Source of the DNA: Mycobacteriales bacterium
Lineage (GTDB): Bacteria > Actinomycetota > Actinomycetes > Mycobacteriales > Nakamurellaceae
DNA length: 64,000 bases
Direction: 5' to 3'
Assembly: GCA_038246445.1 (NCBI GenBank)
Contig: JBBRVZ010000010.1
Span: forward strand, 3,233-67,232
Within the stretch, counting starts at the first letter, position 1. Every line of letters starts with the position of its first letter. Both the position numbers and the translations under genes were made by a program. This document shows positions 27,536-41,329 of the stretch, in pieces. The notes beneath the pieces were generated by a model that was not told the DNA's origin, made no database searches, and was given only the letters and a program-made list of their open reading frames with translations.

Positions 27536-28336
27536 TCAGGACAGCACGCCGACGGCGTTCGCGGCGAGGCCGGCGAACTCCGTGCCGTCCAGCGAGGCAC
27601 CGCCGACCAGCGCTCCGTCGACATCGGGCTGCGCGGTGATCTCCGAGACGTTGCTCGACTTGACCGAACCGCCGTACAGAATCCGGATGCCCCCGGCGAT
27701 CTCGTCGCCGTACTTCTCCGACAGCGCGGCACGGGCGGCGCCGCAGACCTCCTGGGCATCCGCCGGGGTGGCGACCCGGCCGGTGCCGATGGCCCAGACC
27801 GGTTCGTAGGCCAGGACGATCGTCGCGGCCTGTTCCGGCGTCACGTCGGCCATCGCGGCCAGCATCTGACCCACCGAATGCTGCACCTGATTGCCGGCCT
27901 CGCGGATGTCCAGTCCCTCGCCGAAGCACAGCAGCGGGATCAGCCCGTGCCGGTAAGCCGCGTTGACCTTGGAGGCCAGCAGTTCATCGGACTCCTGGTG
28001 GTACTCGCGGCGCTCCGAGTGCCCCACCAGCACGTACGTGCACCCCAGCTTCGCCAGCATGCTGCCGGAGATCTCGCCGGTATACGCACCGGAATCCTTG
28101 GCGGACAGGTCCTGTGCGCCGTAGACGATCTTGAGCTTGTCGGCGTCCACCAGCGTTTGCACCGACCGCAGAGCGGTGAACGGCGGGATCGCGGCGACCT
28201 CGACGTGCTGGTAGTACTTGTCGGGCAGGGTGAACGCGATCTTCTGCACCAGCGCGATGGCCTCGAGATGGTTGAGGTTCATCTTCCAGTTGCCTGCGAT
28301 CAGGGGCTTGCGTTGGCCGTTCGTCATTTCTGTCAT
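27536..28336 (-). CDS. tpiA: Triosephosphate isomerase
   Basis: 266 aa with [16 protein letters not shown] and [11 protein letters not shown]. Confidence 0.97.
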   Translation of the reverse strand: MTEMTNGQRKPLIAGNWKMNLNHLEAIALVQKIAFTLPDKYYQHVEVAAIPPFTALRSVQTLVDADKLKIVYGAQDLSAKDSGAYTGEISGSMLAKLGCTYVLVGHSERREYHQESDELLASKVNAAYRHGLIPLLCFGEGLDIREAGNQVQHSVGQMLAAMADVTPEQAATIVLAYEPVWAIGTGRVATPADAQEVCGAARAALSEKYGDEIAGGIRILYGGSVKSSNVSEITAQPDVDGALVGGASLDGTEFAGLAANAVGVLS

Positions 28337-29529
28337 GCCTCCAGTACGGCGAGACCGGGGAGCGCTTTGCCCTCGAGGTATTCCAGGGAGGCGCCGCCGC
28401 CGGTCGAGATGTGGGTGAAGCCGGATTCGTCGACGCCCAGGATGCGCACGGCAGCCGCCGAGTCGCCGCCGCCCACCACCGAGAACGAGGGTGATGCGGA
28501 GATGGCCTCCGCGACCGCCCGGGTGCCGTCGGCGAACGGAGCGAGTTCGAAGACCCCCATCGGGCCGTTCCAGAAGACCGTTGCCGATTCGGCCGCAATC
28601 TGCGAGAACCGGGCACTGGTCTGCGGACCGATGTCCAATCCCAGCCAGTTGTCGAGAATCCGGTCGGCGCTGACGATCTGGATGGCGGCGTCCGCGGAGA
28701 ACGCGTCCGCGATGACGACATCGCTGGGCAGCACGATCTTGTCACCGTTGGCGGCGAGCAGCTCCTTGCAGGTCTCGATCTGGTCCTCCTGCAGCAGCGA
28801 GGCGCCGACGCCGGAACCCTGCGCCGCCAGGAAGGTGAACGCCATGCCGCCGCCGATCAGCAGGTAATCGACCCTGGGCAGCAGCGAGGTGATGACGCCG
28901 AGCTTGTCGGACACCTTCGACCCGCCGAGGATGACGGCGTACGGCCGTTCGGGGTCGACGGTCAGCTTCTTGAGCACCGCCGTCTCGGCGGACACCAGGT
29001 ACCCGGCGAAATGCGGGAGTTTCTGAGCGATCTCGTACACCGAGGCCTGCTTGCGGTGCACCACGCCGAAGCCGTCGGAGACGAAGGCGGCACCGTCGCC
29101 GACCACCGCGACCAGATCGTCGGCCAGCGCAGCTCTCTCGTCAGCGTCCTTCGAGGTCTCCCGGGCGTCGAACCGTACGTTCTGCAGCATTGCGATGCCG
29201 CCGTCGGTGAGGGCGGCCACCGTGTCCCGGGCCGACGCCCCGACCAGGTCGTCGGCCAGCGGGACGAGCGTGCCGAGTAGTTCGCCGAGTCGGGCCGCCG
29301 CGGGGGCCAGCGAGTACTTCGGCTCCGGGGCGCCCTTTGGCCGGCCGAGATGTGCCGTCACGATGACCTTCGCGCCGCCGAGGATCAGCGCCTGCAGAGT
29401 GGGCAGGGACGCGCGGATCCGCCCGTCGTCGGTGATCACGTCCCCGTCCAGCGGGACGTTGAGATCGGAACGGACGAGCACGGTGCGACCGGCCACGCCG
29501 GAGGCAAGCAAGTCGTCGAGAGTGTGCAC
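28333..29529 (-). CDS. pgk: Phosphoglycerate kinase
   Basis: 398 aa with [13 protein letters not shown]...HLGRPKG...[10 protein letters not shown]...STGGGASLE. It overlaps tpiA by 4 nt. Confidence 0.97.
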   Translation of the reverse strand: MHTLDDLLASGVAGRTVLVRSDLNVPLDGDVITDDGRIRASLPTLQALILGGAKVIVTAHLGRPKGAPEPKYSLAPAAARLGELLGTLVPLADDLVGASARDTVAALTDGGIAMLQNVRFDARETSKDADERAALADDLVAVVGDGAAFVSDGFGVVHRKQASVYEIAQKLPHFAGYLVSAETAVLKKLTVDPERPYAVILGGSKVSDKLGVITSLLPRVDYLLIGGGMAFTFLAAQGSGVGASLLQEDQIETCKELLAANGDKIVLPSDVVIADAFSADAAIQIVSADRILDNWLGLDIGPQTSARFSQIAAESATVFWNGPMGVFELAPFADGTRAVAEAISASPSFSVVGGGDSAAAVRILGVDESGFTHISTGGGASLEYLEGKALPGLAVLEA

Positions 29530-29651
29530 TTCGCGGACTCCTTGGCGGTTGTCGGTAACGAGAATTCCACTGCTGGCGGACTTTTAATGCTGGCGCATCG
29601 TTTCGTGCCGGGGACGGAGCATGGCAACGCCTTGAGACGGGCACGGCAGAG

Positions 29652-29692
29652 CGCGGGTGGCGACCACCGAAACCCGGTGAGCGCCACCCGCG
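29652..29692 (-). terminator. Strong stem-loop just downstream of the gap stop (attenuator, processing or stabiliser element between gap and pgk)
   Basis: CGCGGGTGGCG (29652-62) pairs with CGCCACCCGCG (29682-92), giving 11 bp. An inner CACCG/CGGTG stem adds 5 bp around a 5-nt loop. No U-tract follows. Confidence 0.45.
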
Positions 29693-29702
29693 GGGAAGCC
29701 GG

Positions 29703-30812
<1,110 letters not shown>

Positions 30813-31025
30813 TCACTGTATCGGCAGCGCACCGGCCGGGCTCGTCGGCCCGGTGGCGGCGGGACAAGTCGGGACACAGGTCCCGTCGATCCCGACGCCA
30901 CCGCCGCGGAAGCAACGCTGCGACCCGCCGGGCGGTCGGATGACGATCGGGCCAACGGCGCGCACCCTGCTGGCCAACCACACACGGACGCACGGTGAAC
31001 GGGGAGCTCGCCGCGCCGAATGCTC

Positions 31026-32006
31026 TCAGCTGTCAAGCATGTCGACGGTGACGGCCGATTCGGTATCCGGGATCCCGAGGTCCGCGGCGCGCTTGTCGGC
31101 CATCGTCAGGAGCCGGCGGATCCGTCCGGCGACGGCATCCTTGGTCATCGGCGGATCGGCAATCTGGCCGAGTTCCTCCAACGACGACTGGCCGTGCGCG
31201 ATCCGCAGTCGCCCCGCCTGGCTCAGATGGTCCGGGGCAGTGTCACCGAGGATCGCCAAGGCGCGTTCGACGCGTGCCGAAGCGGCGACCGCCGCGCGCG
31301 CCGAGCGACGCAGGTTCGCATCGTCGAAGTTGGCCAACCGGTTGGCCGTCGCTCTGACCTCGCGGCGCATCCGCCGCTCCTCCCAGGCCAGCATCGAGGC
31401 GTGCGCGCCCAGCCTGGTGAGCAGGGCGGCGATGGCGTCGCCGTCACGGACCAGGACCCGGTCCGCTCCCCTGACCTCGCGGGCCTTCGCGCCGATACCC
31501 ATCCGGCGGGCGGCGCCGACCAGGGCCAGCGCAGCCTCGGGTCCCGGGCAGGTCACCTCCAGGGACGCGCTGCGACCCGGTTCGGTCAGCGACCCGTGCG
31601 CGAGAAAGGCCCCACGCCAGGCAGCTTCGGCGTCACCGACGGATCCGGCGACGATCTGCGGCGGCAGCCCTCGGACCGGTCGGCCGCGCTGATCGAGAAG
31701 CCCGGTCTGCCGCGCCAGCGAGTCGCCGCCGGCGACAACCCGCACCACATAACGGGTGCCCTTGCGTATTCCGGACGCGGCCAGCACCTGAACGTCGGCG
31801 ACGTGCCCGTACAGCTCGCCGACCTCCTTGCGCAGACGGCGGGCAACCGCCCCGGTGTCCAGTTCGGCCTCGACGATCACCCGTCCGGCGACGATGTGCA
31901 GGCCGCCCGCGAACCGGAGGAGGGCGGACACCTCCGCCTTGCGGGCGGACACCTTGCTCACCGCGACCCGGCTGAGTTCGTCCTTGACCGTGGCCGTCAT
32001 CGCCAT
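31026..32006 (-). CDS. whiA: DNA-binding protein WhiA
   Basis: 326 aa beginning [14 protein letters not shown], with a LAGLIDADG-like core and a C-terminal HTH ([19 protein letters not shown]). The rapZ-yvcK-whiA gene order is conserved. Confidence 0.93.
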   Translation of the reverse strand: MAMTATVKDELSRVAVSKVSARKAEVSALLRFAGGLHIVAGRVIVEAELDTGAVARRLRKEVGELYGHVADVQVLAASGIRKGTRYVVRVVAGGDSLARQTGLLDQRGRPVRGLPPQIVAGSVGDAEAAWRGAFLAHGSLTEPGRSASLEVTCPGPEAALALVGAARRMGIGAKAREVRGADRVLVRDGDAIAALLTRLGAHASMLAWEERRMRREVRATANRLANFDDANLRRSARAAVAASARVERALAILGDTAPDHLSQAGRLRIAHGQSSLEELGQIADPPMTKDAVAGRIRRLLTMADKRAADLGIPDTESAVTVDMLDS

Positions 32007-33040
32007 TGCGGGCGCTCCCTGTCCGTCATCGAAGACATTCCACCCGACATACCATCCGCGTCCGGCACAGCACTGTCCGACACGGACCGATCCAGAATCG
32101 CCTTCAGCGACGCCGCCAGCCGAGCGGTGTCGTGCCGCGCCGTTCCGGCGACACCCACGTCGTGCAGTTCCAGCGTGGCGCCGATGGCAGCCGCGGCCGT
32201 TCCCAGTCGCTGCGGCAGAGGGACGGACGCGCGATCCGCCAGCACCGTGTCGATCCGGAGATCCGGCGCGTGCGCTGAGAGTACGTCCAGATGCTGTTCG
32301 GGAGAGAATCCTTCTGTCTCACCGACCTGCGCCGCGAGGTTGAGCACCACGAGCTTTCGCGCGCGACTGGCGGTGATGGCCGCGGCGAGGTCCGGCAGCA
32401 TGAGATGCGGCAGCACGCTGGAGAACCACGAGCCGGGGCCGAAGGTGATGAGATCGGCCTCAGCGATGGCCGTCAACGCCTCCGGGCAGGCCACGGCATC
32501 CGCAGGCTCGAGCGTCACGTTCTGCACAGTGCCGGGGGTGCTGGCCACCGCGACCTGTCCCCTGATCCGGCGCACGGCACGGGGGTCTTCGTCCAGGCCC
32601 TGGACATCGGCGACGATGTCCAGCGGCTGGCAGGCCATCGGTAGCACCCGGCCGCGGGCCCCGAGCAACTGCCCGGCCGCGTCGAGAGCCGCCACCGGGT
32701 CCTCGAGCACCTGGCTCAGACCGACCAGGACAACATTTCCGACCGGGTGGCCGGCGAGCGCGCCCTGGCCACGGAAACGGTGCTGGAACGTGGTCGTCCA
32801 CAACCGACCTCTCGCGTCGGGTTCGGCGAGCGCGGCCAGCGCCATCCGCAGATCGCCCGGGGGCACGATGCCCGGGACCTCCCGGCGGAGCCGTCCGGAG
32901 GATCCACCGTCATCGGCGACGGTGACCACGGCCGTGATCTCGACGTCCAGTTCGACCAGCGCGGTCAACATGGTGAACAGTCCATGCCCGCCGCCGAGCG
33001 CGACGACCTTGGGCCGCACGACCGGACCCGCGGCCATCAC
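31997..33040 (-). CDS. yvcK: Gluconeogenesis factor YvcK/CuvA family (UPF0052)
   Basis: 347 aa with [10 protein letters not shown]...[14 protein letters not shown]...GDLR. Confidence 0.9.
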   Translation of the reverse strand: MMAAGPVVRPKVVALGGGHGLFTMLTALVELDVEITAVVTVADDGGSSGRLRREVPGIVPPGDLRMALAALAEPDARGRLWTTTFQHRFRGQGALAGHPVGNVVLVGLSQVLEDPVAALDAAGQLLGARGRVLPMACQPLDIVADVQGLDEDPRAVRRIRGQVAVASTPGTVQNVTLEPADAVACPEALTAIAEADLITFGPGSWFSSVLPHLMLPDLAAAITASRARKLVVLNLAAQVGETEGFSPEQHLDVLSAHAPDLRIDTVLADRASVPLPQRLGTAAAAIGATLELHDVGVAGTARHDTARLAASLKAILDRSVSDSAVPDADGMSGGMSSMTDRERPQWR

Positions 33041-33942
33041 TCCCTGCCCAGGTCGCGGTGAACCACCTGGACGGCCAGCGCGTCACTCTCCAGCCGGCGG
33101 CGCAGTTCTTCGGCGGTCGCAACGCTGCGATGCTTGCCACCGGTGCACCCGACGGCGAGCGTCAGATACCGCTTGCCCTCGCGCTTGTAACCGCCGCTGA
33201 TCAGCCCGATCAATTCGACGTAACGGTCGAGGAACTCGGTCGCACCCTCCTGCGACAGCACATAGTCGGACACGTCGGGATCGAGCCCGGTATGCGGCCG
33301 CAGTTCCGGGATCCAGTGCGGGTTCGGCAGGAATCGCATGTCGATCACCAGATCCGCGTCCAGCGGCAACCCGTACTTGAATCCGAAGGAGACGATGCTC
33401 AGGGTTGCCTTGCGGTCGAAGGTGGTGTGCCCGAAGGCCCGCTCCACCTCGGCGCGCAACTGGTGCACGGACAGTTCCGAGGTGTCGACGACGACGTCCG
33501 CCTCCTGACGCAACGGTTCCAGGACCGCTCGTTCCGCGGCCACGCCGTCCGCCAGTCGGCCGCCGTCCTGCAACGGATGCGAGCGCCGATTCGCCTCGTA
33601 CCGCCTGATCAGGGCTGCATCGGTCGCCTCCAGGAACAGCACCGTCGGTCGGTAGCCCCGCGCGTCCAGATCCCGGATGACGGCGGCGAGATCCTCGGTG
33701 AACAACCGGGACCGGACGTCCAGCACGATGGCGATCCTGGTGACGTCGCCACTGGTTCGCGACCCGAGGTCGACCATTGTCGTGATCAGTTCGGGCGGCA
33801 GGTTGTCCACCACGAACCAGCCCAGATCCTCCAGGCATTTGGCCGCCGTCGATCGGCCTGCCCCTGACAGGCCGGAGACGATGGCGACCTGGATGCCGCC
33901 CGTTGGCTCGTTCACCCTGCCGGCGGCTTCATCCATGCCCAT
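33037..33942 (-). CDS. rapZ: RNase adapter protein RapZ (P-loop NTPase YvcJ family)
   Basis: 301 aa with Walker [11 protein letters not shown] and ...[13 protein letters not shown]. Confidence 0.9.
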   Translation of the reverse strand: MGMDEAAGRVNEPTGGIQVAIVSGLSGAGRSTAAKCLEDLGWFVVDNLPPELITTMVDLGSRTSGDVTRIAIVLDVRSRLFTEDLAAVIRDLDARGYRPTVLFLEATDAALIRRYEANRRSHPLQDGGRLADGVAAERAVLEPLRQEADVVVDTSELSVHQLRAEVERAFGHTTFDRKATLSIVSFGFKYGLPLDADLVIDMRFLPNPHWIPELRPHTGLDPDVSDYVLSQEGATEFLDRYVELIGLISGGYKREGKRYLTLAVGCTGGKHRSVATAEELRRRLESDALAVQVVHRDLGRE

Positions 33943-36181
33943 CTGCTGCCCCTCCCCCTTGAATGCCTCCCCCCGCAGCGGCGGGGACCGGAACGGCGCG
34001 GACGATGTCTTCCGGCGCGCCCGACGGTGTCGGGGTGGACGCTATCGGTTCGGGCACCTCCGGCACGGCTTGCGGCGCGGCCAGGTCACCCGAATCGTTC
34101 CTCCGGCCCGGGTCGCCGGCGCCGGTGCGCTCCGCCGGACCGGCCAGAGCCCGCACAACGGCCTCTGCGGTGCGACGTCCGATCCCGGGCACGGCGCGGA
34201 TGTCCTCGACGTCGGCCTTGCGCAGGGCCGCGACGGAGCCGAAGTGCCGGACCAGCGCCTTGCGGCGTACCTGGCCGAGCCCCGCGACGTTGTCCAGGGC
34301 GGACACCGTCATCGACTTGGACCGTTTGGCGCGGTGGTAGGTGATGGCGAAGCGGTGCGCCTCGTCCCGCAGCCGCTGCAGCAGGTAGAGGGCCTCGCTG
34401 GTGCGCGGGAAGATGATGGGATCCTGCTGCGCCGGGACCCACACCTCTTCCAGCCGTTTGGCCAACCCGCACACGGTGACGTCGACGACGCCCAGCTCGG
34501 CAAGCTCGGTCGCCGCGGCGTTGACCTGCGGCGCTCCTCCGTCCACCACCAGGAGCTGCGGCGGGTAGGCGAAGCGCCGGGGCCGCCCGGTCTCGGGATC
34601 TATTCCGCGCCGGTAGGTCGGCTCGACGTCGCCGGACGGTGCAACCCCGGTCGGTGTTTCCTGCGACGGCCCGTTCTCCGACCGGGCGGCCGGAGAGATC
34701 TCGCCGAAGAACCCGACCGCACCGGCGGCCGGCGCGGTGCCGTCCGCGGGCCGCCGGGACATCCCGTGGCTGAACCGCCGCCGAACCACCTCGGCGATGG
34801 AGGCGACGTCGTCACCGGGGCGGTCCCGGATGGCAAAGCGCCGGTAGTCGCTGCGTTTGGGTAGGCCGTCCTCGAAGACCACCAGCGACGCCACGACATC
34901 CGTGCCCTGGACATGCGAGATGTCGATGCACTCGATCCGCAGCGGAGCCACGTCCATCTCAAGGGTGTCAGCAAGTTCGGTCAGCGCCGCCGACCGCGCT
35001 GTGAGGTCGCTGGCCCGCTTCAACCGGTGCTGAGCCAGCGCCTCCGCGGCGTTGCGGGTGACCGTCTGGGCCAGCGCACGCTTGTCGCCGCGCTGCGCAA
35101 CCCGCAGCGACACGCGTGACCCACGAAGCTCGGAAAGCCAGGAGACGAGTTCCGACTCGGTGGCTGCTTCCTCACTGGGCAGCACCGGCACCAGGATCTC
35201 GCGGGGCACCGCGGTAGCGCCGTCGTCATCGGCACGGCCGCCGTAGAACTGGAGCAGGAAGTTTTCCACCAGCGACGGCAGGCCCGACGAGCCGGCACTG
35301 TCCGCGTCGACGTCGACGATCCAGCCCCGCTGACCGCGGACCCGCCCGCCGCGCACATGAAAGATCTGCACGGACGCGAGCAATGCGTCCGCGGCGATCC
35401 CGATGACGTCCGCGTCCGTCCCGTCACCCAGGACGACGGCCTGCTTCTCCACCGCTCGACGCAGGGCCCCGAGATCGTCGCGCAACCTCGCGGCCCTCTC
35501 GAAGTCGAGCGCCGCGGCGGCAGCACTCATCTCCCGCTCGAGCCGGCGGACCAGCGGGTCCGCCTTGCCGGCCATGAAATCGCAGAAGTCGTCGACGATC
35601 TCGCGGTGTTCCTCGGCCGTCACCTGCCCGGTGCACGGGGCCGAACACTTGCCGATGTAGCCCAGCAGGCACGGCCGGCCGATCTGCTGCGACCGTCGGA
35701 ACACCCCCGCCGAGCAAGTGCGGGCAGGGAAAACCCGCAGCAACAGATCAAGCGTCTCCCGGATGGCCCATGCGTGTGCATAGGGTCCGAAGTAGCGGAC
35801 ACCCTTGCGATGCGGACCGCGCATCACCTGTAATCGCGGGTACTGCTCGAACAGCGTCACCGCCAACTCCGGATACGACTTGTCGTCCCGGTAGCGGACG
35901 TTGAACCGTGGGTCGAACTCCTTGATCCAGTTGTATTCCAGCTGCAGCGCCTCGACCTCGGTCGACACCACCGTCCACTCCACGCCGGCGGCACTGGTGA
36001 CCATCTGGGCGGTCCGCGGGTGCAGCGAGCTGAGGTCCGCGAAGTAGGAGTTCAGTCGTTGCCGCAGGCTCTTCGCCTTGCCGACGTAGATCACCCGGCC
36101 GCCGGGATCGCGGAAGCGGTACACACCCGGCGACTCCGGAATGGAGCCGGCGGCGGGGCGGTACAGCGAAGGATCCGGCAC
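33929..36181 (-). CDS. uvrC: Excinuclease ABC subunit C
   Basis: I chose the GTG at 36181 (VPDPSLYRP..). It has the GIY-YIG motif [29 protein letters not shown], a UVR domain and a C-terminal (HhH)2. It carries a ~50-aa low-complexity insert and a ~70-aa Pro/Ala tail compared with typical ~650-aa UvrC proteins. Confidence 0.93.
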   Translation of the reverse strand: MPDPSLYRPAAGSIPESPGVYRFRDPGGRVIYVGKAKSLRQRLNSYFADLSSLHPRTAQMVTSAAGVEWTVVSTEVEALQLEYNWIKEFDPRFNVRYRDDKSYPELAVTLFEQYPRLQVMRGPHRKGVRYFGPYAHAWAIRETLDLLLRVFPARTCSAGVFRRSQQIGRPCLLGYIGKCSAPCTGQVTAEEHREIVDDFCDFMAGKADPLVRRLEREMSAAAAALDFERAARLRDDLGALRRAVEKQAVVLGDGTDADVIGIAADALLASVQIFHVRGGRVRGQRGWIVDVDADSAGSSGLPSLVENFLLQFYGGRADDDGATAVPREILVPVLPSEEAATESELVSWLSELRGSRVSLRVAQRGDKRALAQTVTRNAAEALAQHRLKRASDLTARSAALTELADTLEMDVAPLRIECIDISHVQGTDVVASLVVFEDGLPKRSDYRRFAIRDRPGDDVASIAEVVRRRFSHGMSRRPADGTAPAAGAVGFFGEISPAARSENGPSQETPTGVAPSGDVEPTYRRGIDPETGRPRRFAYPPQLLVVDGGAPQVNAAATELAELGVVDVTVCGLAKRLEEVWVPAQQDPIIFPRTSEALYLLQRLRDEAHRFAITYHRAKRSKSMTVSALDNVAGLGQVRRKALVRHFGSVAALRKADVEDIRAVPGIGRRTAEAVVRALAGPAERTGAGDPGRRNDSGDLAAPQAVPEVPEPIASTPTPSGAPEDIVRAVPVPAAAGGGIQGGGAADGHG

Positions 36182-36455
36182 ATCGCCGAGGGTAATCGAG
36201 CACTCGGACGTCCAGACCGTCGTCAGACGACCCACCGGGAGCCGATTCAATCGGGATGATCTGCACATCCGACGCGGCCAGCGGGCTGCCGCGGCGCGGT
36301 TAAGGTTGATCGACCGGGTGGTGTTCAACCGCCCGGAGCGCAGCGGTGCACGACGCAGTGTGCAGTTGCTCGTCCCTGTCCCGCGGCGGGCGATCGTTTC
36401 ATTTCCGCAGATGCCGGGCATAGCTCTGCGGTAACCATTTTTAGCAAGGAGCAGC

Positions 36456-38843
36456 ATGGAGATCTGGCCGGGTCAGCCCTATCCGCTGGGCGCCACTTTC
36501 GACGGCACCGGCACCAACTTCGCCATCTTCAGCGAGGCCGCCGAGCGTGTCGAGCTGTGTCTGATCGGTGAGCGCGGCGGCGAAACCCGCATCTCGATGC
36601 CGGAGGTCGACGCCTACGTCTGGCACTGCTACCTGCCGACGGTGCAGCCAGGCCAGCGTTACGGCTACCGGGTGCACGGGCCGTACGAGCCGCAGTTCGG
36701 TTCGCGGTGCAACCCGAACAAGTTGCTGCTCGATCCCTACGCGAAGGCTGTGTCCGGGGCCATCGACTGGGATCCGGCGCTCTTCTCGTACGACCTCGGC
36801 GAGCCCGACACCAAGAACGACGCCGACTCCGGGCCGCACATGATCCACGGTGTCGTGATCAATCCGTTCTTCGACTGGACGGGTGACCGGTCGCTGCGCA
36901 TTCCCTACAACGACAGCGTGATCTACGAGGCGCACGTCAAGGGTCTGACTGCGTTGCACCCGGAGGTGCCGGCGAACCAGCGGGGCAGCTACGCCGGTGT
37001 CGCGCACCCGGCGGTCATCGATCACCTGACCCGCCTCGGCGTGACCGCGATCGAATTGATGCCGGTGCATCAGTTCGTCAACGACAGCACGCTGATCGAC
37101 CAGGGCCTGTCGAACTACTGGGGCTACAACACCATCGGTTTCTTCGCGCCGCAGAACACGTACTCCGCTTTCGGGGAGCGCGGTCAGCAGGTGCAGGAGT
37201 TCAAGGCAATGGTGAAAGCCCTGCACAACGCGGGTATCGAGGTCATCCTCGACGTTGTCTACAACCACACGGCGGAGGGCAACCACCTCGGCCCCACACT
37301 GTCCTTCCGCGGTATCGACAACGGCGCCTACTACCGCCTTGTCGAGGACGACAAGCGCTACTACATGGATTACACGGGCACCGGCAACTCGTTCAACGTG
37401 CGGCACCCGCACTCGCTGCAGCTGATCATGGATTCGCTGCGTTACTGGGTGACCGAGATGCACGTCGACGGCTTCCGTTTCGACCTCGCGGCCACCCTGG
37501 CCCGCGAGTTCTACGACGTCGATCGGCTGTCCACCTTCTTCGAACTTGTGCAACAGGATCCGGTCGTGTCCCAGGTCAAGCTGATTGCCGAGCCGTGGGA
37601 CATCGGTCCGGGCGGCTACCAGGTCGGCAACTTCCCGCCGCAGTGGACCGAGTGGAACGGCAAGTACCGGGACACGGTGCGCGACTTCTGGCGCGGCGAA
37701 CCCGCAACACTGGGTGAGTTCGCTTCCAGGCTGACCGGTTCCGCCGACCTGTACGAGACGTCCGGACGTCGTCCGGTCGCCTCCATCAATTTCGTGACCG
37801 CGCACGACGGCTTCACGATGCACGATCTGGTCTCGTACAACGAGAAGCACAACGAGGCCAACGGCGAGGGCAACCGGGACGGTGAGTCGCACAACAGGTC
37901 CTGGAACTGCGGCGTCGAGGGCCCGACCGACGACCCGGACGTCGTGGCGCTCCGCTGCCGTCAGCAGCGCAACTTCCTGTCGACACTGCTGCTGTCCCAG
38001 GGCGTCCCGATGATCTCCCACGGGGACGAGCTCGGCCGGACCCAGTCCGGCAACAACAACACCTACGCCCAGGACTCGGAGCTCAGCTGGATCCATTGGC
38101 TGGAGGCCGATGAGGCGCTGATCGAGTTCACCGCATCGGTGGCCCGGCTCCGCCGCCAGCACCCGACCTTCCGCCGCCGCCGGTTCTTCGATGGCCGGCC
38201 CGTCGCCCGGGCGGAAGGCGAGCCGTTGCCGGACATCGTCTGGATGACTCCCGCCGGAGGATTGATGACGCCGGAGGACTGGGGCGCCGGATTCGGGCGT
38301 TCGGTCGGGATGTTCATGAACGGCAACGGCATCCGTGGGAAGGACGCCCGCGGTCAACGCATCGTGGACGACTCCTTCCTGCTGTTGTTCAACGCCCATG
38401 ACGAGACCCTGGACTGGGTGTTGCCACCCGAGGAATTCGCCCCGGCCTGGCGGTTGGTGATCGACACCTCCGGTGTCCCAGAACATTCCGAGGCCATCGT
38501 CGGCGGTGGCAAGGTGCAGGTCTGCGGAAAGGGAACCGTTGTGCTGCAGGCCCTCGCCGCCGTCGAGGAGGAACCCAGTCCGGGTCCGGCAGCCGCGGCG
38601 GTGCCGACCATCGCGCCCGTTCCGGTGCCGATGCGCGCGGACTCCGGGGTGAGCGTGGGACCGGCACCGACCCGTGGCAGTGCCGAGGCGACGGGCGAGG
38701 TGGTCACCGAGCCGTCGGAAGACCGCCCGGTCACGACGGCTCCGGCCACGCCGCAGGAGCAGCAGACCGCTGCCCGCACGGTGGATGCCGACACTCAGGC
38801 GACGTCGGCCGACAAGCCCCGCCGCCGCGCCAAGAAGAAGTAG
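36456..38843 (+). CDS. glgX: Glycogen debranching enzyme GlgX (TreX-type), with a ~100-aa disordered C-terminal tail
   Basis: AAGGAG precedes the ATG. The sequence runs [26 protein letters not shown]...GFRFDLA...EPWD... and has GH13 signatures. The tail ends in KPRRRAKKK. Confidence 0.93.
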   Translation: MEIWPGQPYPLGATFDGTGTNFAIFSEAAERVELCLIGERGGETRISMPEVDAYVWHCYLPTVQPGQRYGYRVHGPYEPQFGSRCNPNKLLLDPYAKAVSGAIDWDPALFSYDLGEPDTKNDADSGPHMIHGVVINPFFDWTGDRSLRIPYNDSVIYEAHVKGLTALHPEVPANQRGSYAGVAHPAVIDHLTRLGVTAIELMPVHQFVNDSTLIDQGLSNYWGYNTIGFFAPQNTYSAFGERGQQVQEFKAMVKALHNAGIEVILDVVYNHTAEGNHLGPTLSFRGIDNGAYYRLVEDDKRYYMDYTGTGNSFNVRHPHSLQLIMDSLRYWVTEMHVDGFRFDLAATLAREFYDVDRLSTFFELVQQDPVVSQVKLIAEPWDIGPGGYQVGNFPPQWTEWNGKYRDTVRDFWRGEPATLGEFASRLTGSADLYETSGRRPVASINFVTAHDGFTMHDLVSYNEKHNEANGEGNRDGESHNRSWNCGVEGPTDDPDVVALRCRQQRNFLSTLLLSQGVPMISHGDELGRTQSGNNNTYAQDSELSWIHWLEADEALIEFTASVARLRRQHPTFRRRRFFDGRPVARAEGEPLPDIVWMTPAGGLMTPEDWGAGFGRSVGMFMNGNGIRGKDARGQRIVDDSFLLLFNAHDETLDWVLPPEEFAPAWRLVIDTSGVPEHSEAIVGGGKVQVCGKGTVVLQALAAVEEEPSPGPAAAAVPTIAPVPVPMRADSGVSVGPAPTRGSAEATGEVVTEPSEDRPVTTAPATPQEQQTAARTVDADTQATSADKPRRRAKKK

Positions 38844-38877
38844 TGCACCGAACCATGCAGAGGGACGTTTCAGCACT

Positions 38878-41253
38878 GTGACGCAGGAGAACACGGCCGG
38901 GGACGGTACCGCCGGGCAGGCCGCGACGGCCCCCACGCCAGCAGGTTCGGGACAGGTTCCGGGGCAACGCATTCCACGGTCGACGTACCGTCTGCAGATC
39001 ACCCCGGAGTGGGATCTCGCCGACGCCGCCGCGTTGGTGCCGTACCTGGAGAAACTGGGCGCCGACTGGATCTACCTGTCCCCCGTGCTGGCCGCCGAAC
39101 CCGGTTCGAAGCACGGGTACGACGTCGTCGACCACGGTGAGATCGATGACAGCCGTGGCGGCGACTGGGCACTGGCGAAGGTGGCCAAGCGGGCCCGCGG
39201 TGCGGGGCTCGGCGTGCTGATCGACATCGTTCCCAACCACGTCGGGGTCGGCACGCCGGCTCTGTCGGTGTGGTGGTGGGATGTGCTCAGCAAGGGCCGG
39301 GAATCCGAACACGCCGCGGCGTTCGATATCGACTGGGATGCCGGGAACGGCAAATTGCGGCTGCCGGTGCTCGGCGACGGCGGGAAAGAGTTGGACGCGC
39401 TGCGCATCGAGGACGGCGAGCTGCACTACTACGACCACCGCTTCCCGATCGCGGACGGAACCGAGGGTGGCTCGCCGATCGAGGTCCACGGCCGTCAGCA
39501 CTACGAGCTGATGAATTACCGGCGGGCCGACGCCGAATTGAACTACCGCAGGTTCTTCGCGGTGAACACCCTGGCCGGGGTTCGGGTGGAACTGCGCGAG
39601 GTCTTCGAGATGACCCACAGCCAGGTGCGGCAGTGGGTCGAAAACGATTGGATGGACGGTCTGCGGATCGATCACCCGGACGGTCTGGCCGACCCCGGCG
39701 GTTACCTGGATGACCTCGCCGAGCTGACCAAGCACCGGTATGTGCTGGTGGAGAAGATCGTCGAGGGTGACGAGCAACTGCCGACGTCGTGGCAGTGCGC
39801 CGGCACCACCGGGTACGAGGCACTCGCCGCGCTCGACCGGCTGTTCGTGGATCCGGCGGGCGAGCACATGCTCGACCGGCTCGACACAGAGCTGCGCGGC
39901 GGCCTGCGGGTCGACTGGACGGCGATGACTCGCGCGACGAAACGCGCTGTGGCGGACGGCATTCTGCGCTCCGAGGTGCTCAGGCTGGTTCGGTGCGTCC
40001 CCGAACTCGGCGACGGCGCCGACGACGCCATCGCCGAGCTGCTCAGCTCGTTCAGCGTCTATCGCACCTATATGCCGGTGGGAAGCGAGTATCTCGCCGA
40101 GGCGGTCCGGGCGGCCTGCGCGAACAGGCCGGAACTGGCGTCCACCCTGCGGGCCATCTCCGAGCGGTTGACCGACCCGCACACGGAGTTCACCGTCCGG
40201 TTCCAGCAGACCTCCGGAATGGTGATGGCCAAGGGTGTCGAGGACTGCGCCTTTTACCGGTGGACCCGATTGACCTCGCTGACCGAGGTCGGCGGTGAGC
40301 CGTCGGAGTTCTCGCTGACCCCGCGGGAGCTTCACGGCATCAACCGGCGACGGATGGAGCGGACCCCGGCAACGATGACCGCCCTGTCGACGCACGACAC
40401 CAAACGCTCGGAGGACGTGCGGGCGAGGATCTCGGTGATCTCCGAGGCTCCGGACACGTGGGCTGCCGCGGTCCGCAGGTGGGTGCGTTTGGCGCCGCTG
40501 GGCGACGGCCCGCTCGCCAACCTGGTCTTCCAGGCCGCCGTCGGCGCCTGGCCGATCGATCGCGAGCGGCTACATGCCTACGCGGAGAAGGCCGCCCGCG
40601 AGGCCGGCAACTCCACCGGGTGGATCGACTCGGACGCCTCGTTCGAGCAGCGACTGCACGCCTTGGTCGACGCGATCTACGACGACACCGCGCTGAACGC
40701 GGGAATCGTCGCGGAGGCGGATCGATTGCGGCCTTTCGGTTGGTCGAACTCGTTGGCGGCCAAGCTCATCCAGCTGACTTCGACCGGCGTGCCGGACGTC
40801 TACCAGGGCACCGAACTCTGGGACTTCTCGCTCGTCGACCCGGACAACCGCCGGCCGGTGGACTACCTGCACCGCACCGAATTGCTGATCAGGATCGACG
40901 ACGGATGGCGACCCGACATCGACGAAGACGGCGCGGTCAAGTTGCTGGTGGTCAGCAGGGCACTGCGGCTGCGTCGGGATCGGGCGGAGCTTTTCACCGA
41001 CTACCGGCCGGTCACAGCGACGGGCAGTGCCGCAGAGCACGTGTTTGCCTTCGATCGGGGCGGGGCACTGACGGTGGCGACCCGGCTACCGGTGGGGTTG
41101 GTGGCAGCCGGCGGTTGGGGTGAGACGAGCCTGGACCTGCCGGCTGGTGGATGGACCGATCAGCTCACCGGGCGGTCCTACCAGGATGATGCGGTCGGCC
41201 TCGCCGACCTGCTGCAGACCTACCCCGTCGCGCTGCTGGTGCACGGCGGCTGA
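38878..41253 (+). CDS. treY: Malto-oligosyltrehalose synthase
   Basis: I chose the GTG at 38878, after the glgX stop. [37 protein letters not shown]...HGYDVVDH is typical of TreY. Confidence 0.9.
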   Translation: MTQENTAGDGTAGQAATAPTPAGSGQVPGQRIPRSTYRLQITPEWDLADAAALVPYLEKLGADWIYLSPVLAAEPGSKHGYDVVDHGEIDDSRGGDWALAKVAKRARGAGLGVLIDIVPNHVGVGTPALSVWWWDVLSKGRESEHAAAFDIDWDAGNGKLRLPVLGDGGKELDALRIEDGELHYYDHRFPIADGTEGGSPIEVHGRQHYELMNYRRADAELNYRRFFAVNTLAGVRVELREVFEMTHSQVRQWVENDWMDGLRIDHPDGLADPGGYLDDLAELTKHRYVLVEKIVEGDEQLPTSWQCAGTTGYEALAALDRLFVDPAGEHMLDRLDTELRGGLRVDWTAMTRATKRAVADGILRSEVLRLVRCVPELGDGADDAIAELLSSFSVYRTYMPVGSEYLAEAVRAACANRPELASTLRAISERLTDPHTEFTVRFQQTSGMVMAKGVEDCAFYRWTRLTSLTEVGGEPSEFSLTPRELHGINRRRMERTPATMTALSTHDTKRSEDVRARISVISEAPDTWAAAVRRWVRLAPLGDGPLANLVFQAAVGAWPIDRERLHAYAEKAAREAGNSTGWIDSDASFEQRLHALVDAIYDDTALNAGIVAEADRLRPFGWSNSLAAKLIQLTSTGVPDVYQGTELWDFSLVDPDNRRPVDYLHRTELLIRIDDGWRPDIDEDGAVKLLVVSRALRLRRDRAELFTDYRPVTATGSAAEHVFAFDRGGALTVATRLPVGLVAAGGWGETSLDLPAGGWTDQLTGRSYQDDAVGLADLLQTYPVALLVHGG

Positions 41254-41309
41254 CAGCGCAGTGCGGCAGCACAGTGTTCGGCAGCACAGTGTTCGGCAGC
41301 ACAGTGATT
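41254..41309 (+). repeat. 15-bp tandem repeat (GGCAGCACAGTGTTC), about 3.5 copies, between treY and treZ
   Basis: Units lie at 41265-79, 41280-94 and 41295-309 (the last with 2 mismatches), plus a partial copy at 41254-64. The array is in frame with treZ and would encode VRQHS three times. Confidence 0.85.
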
Positions 41310-41329
41310 TTCGAGAACGACGGGAAGCG

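Noticed and set aside
36182-36455. A LexA/SOS box (TCGAAC-N4-GTTCGA type) upstream of uvrC.
   Set aside because: Only half-site-like fragments (GTTCAAC) are present, with no palindromic partner at the right spacing.
36182-36457. A 92-aa N-terminal extension of uvrC.
   Set aside because: The extension ([15 protein letters not shown]...) has no similarity to UvrC and crosses the divergent glgX promoter and RBS. The GIY-YIG domain starts right after the GTG at 36181.
36441-39002. 853-aa ORF antisense to glgX. Similar cases are 41165-43660 antisense to treZ, 47004-49319 antisense to metH, and 31020-33200 antisense to whiA/yvcK.
   Set aside because: The translations are Arg/Pro/Gly/His-rich and lack any recognisable motif. 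Long stop-free antisense frames are expected at ~70% GC because stop codons are AT-rich. The sense-strand genes are unambiguous.
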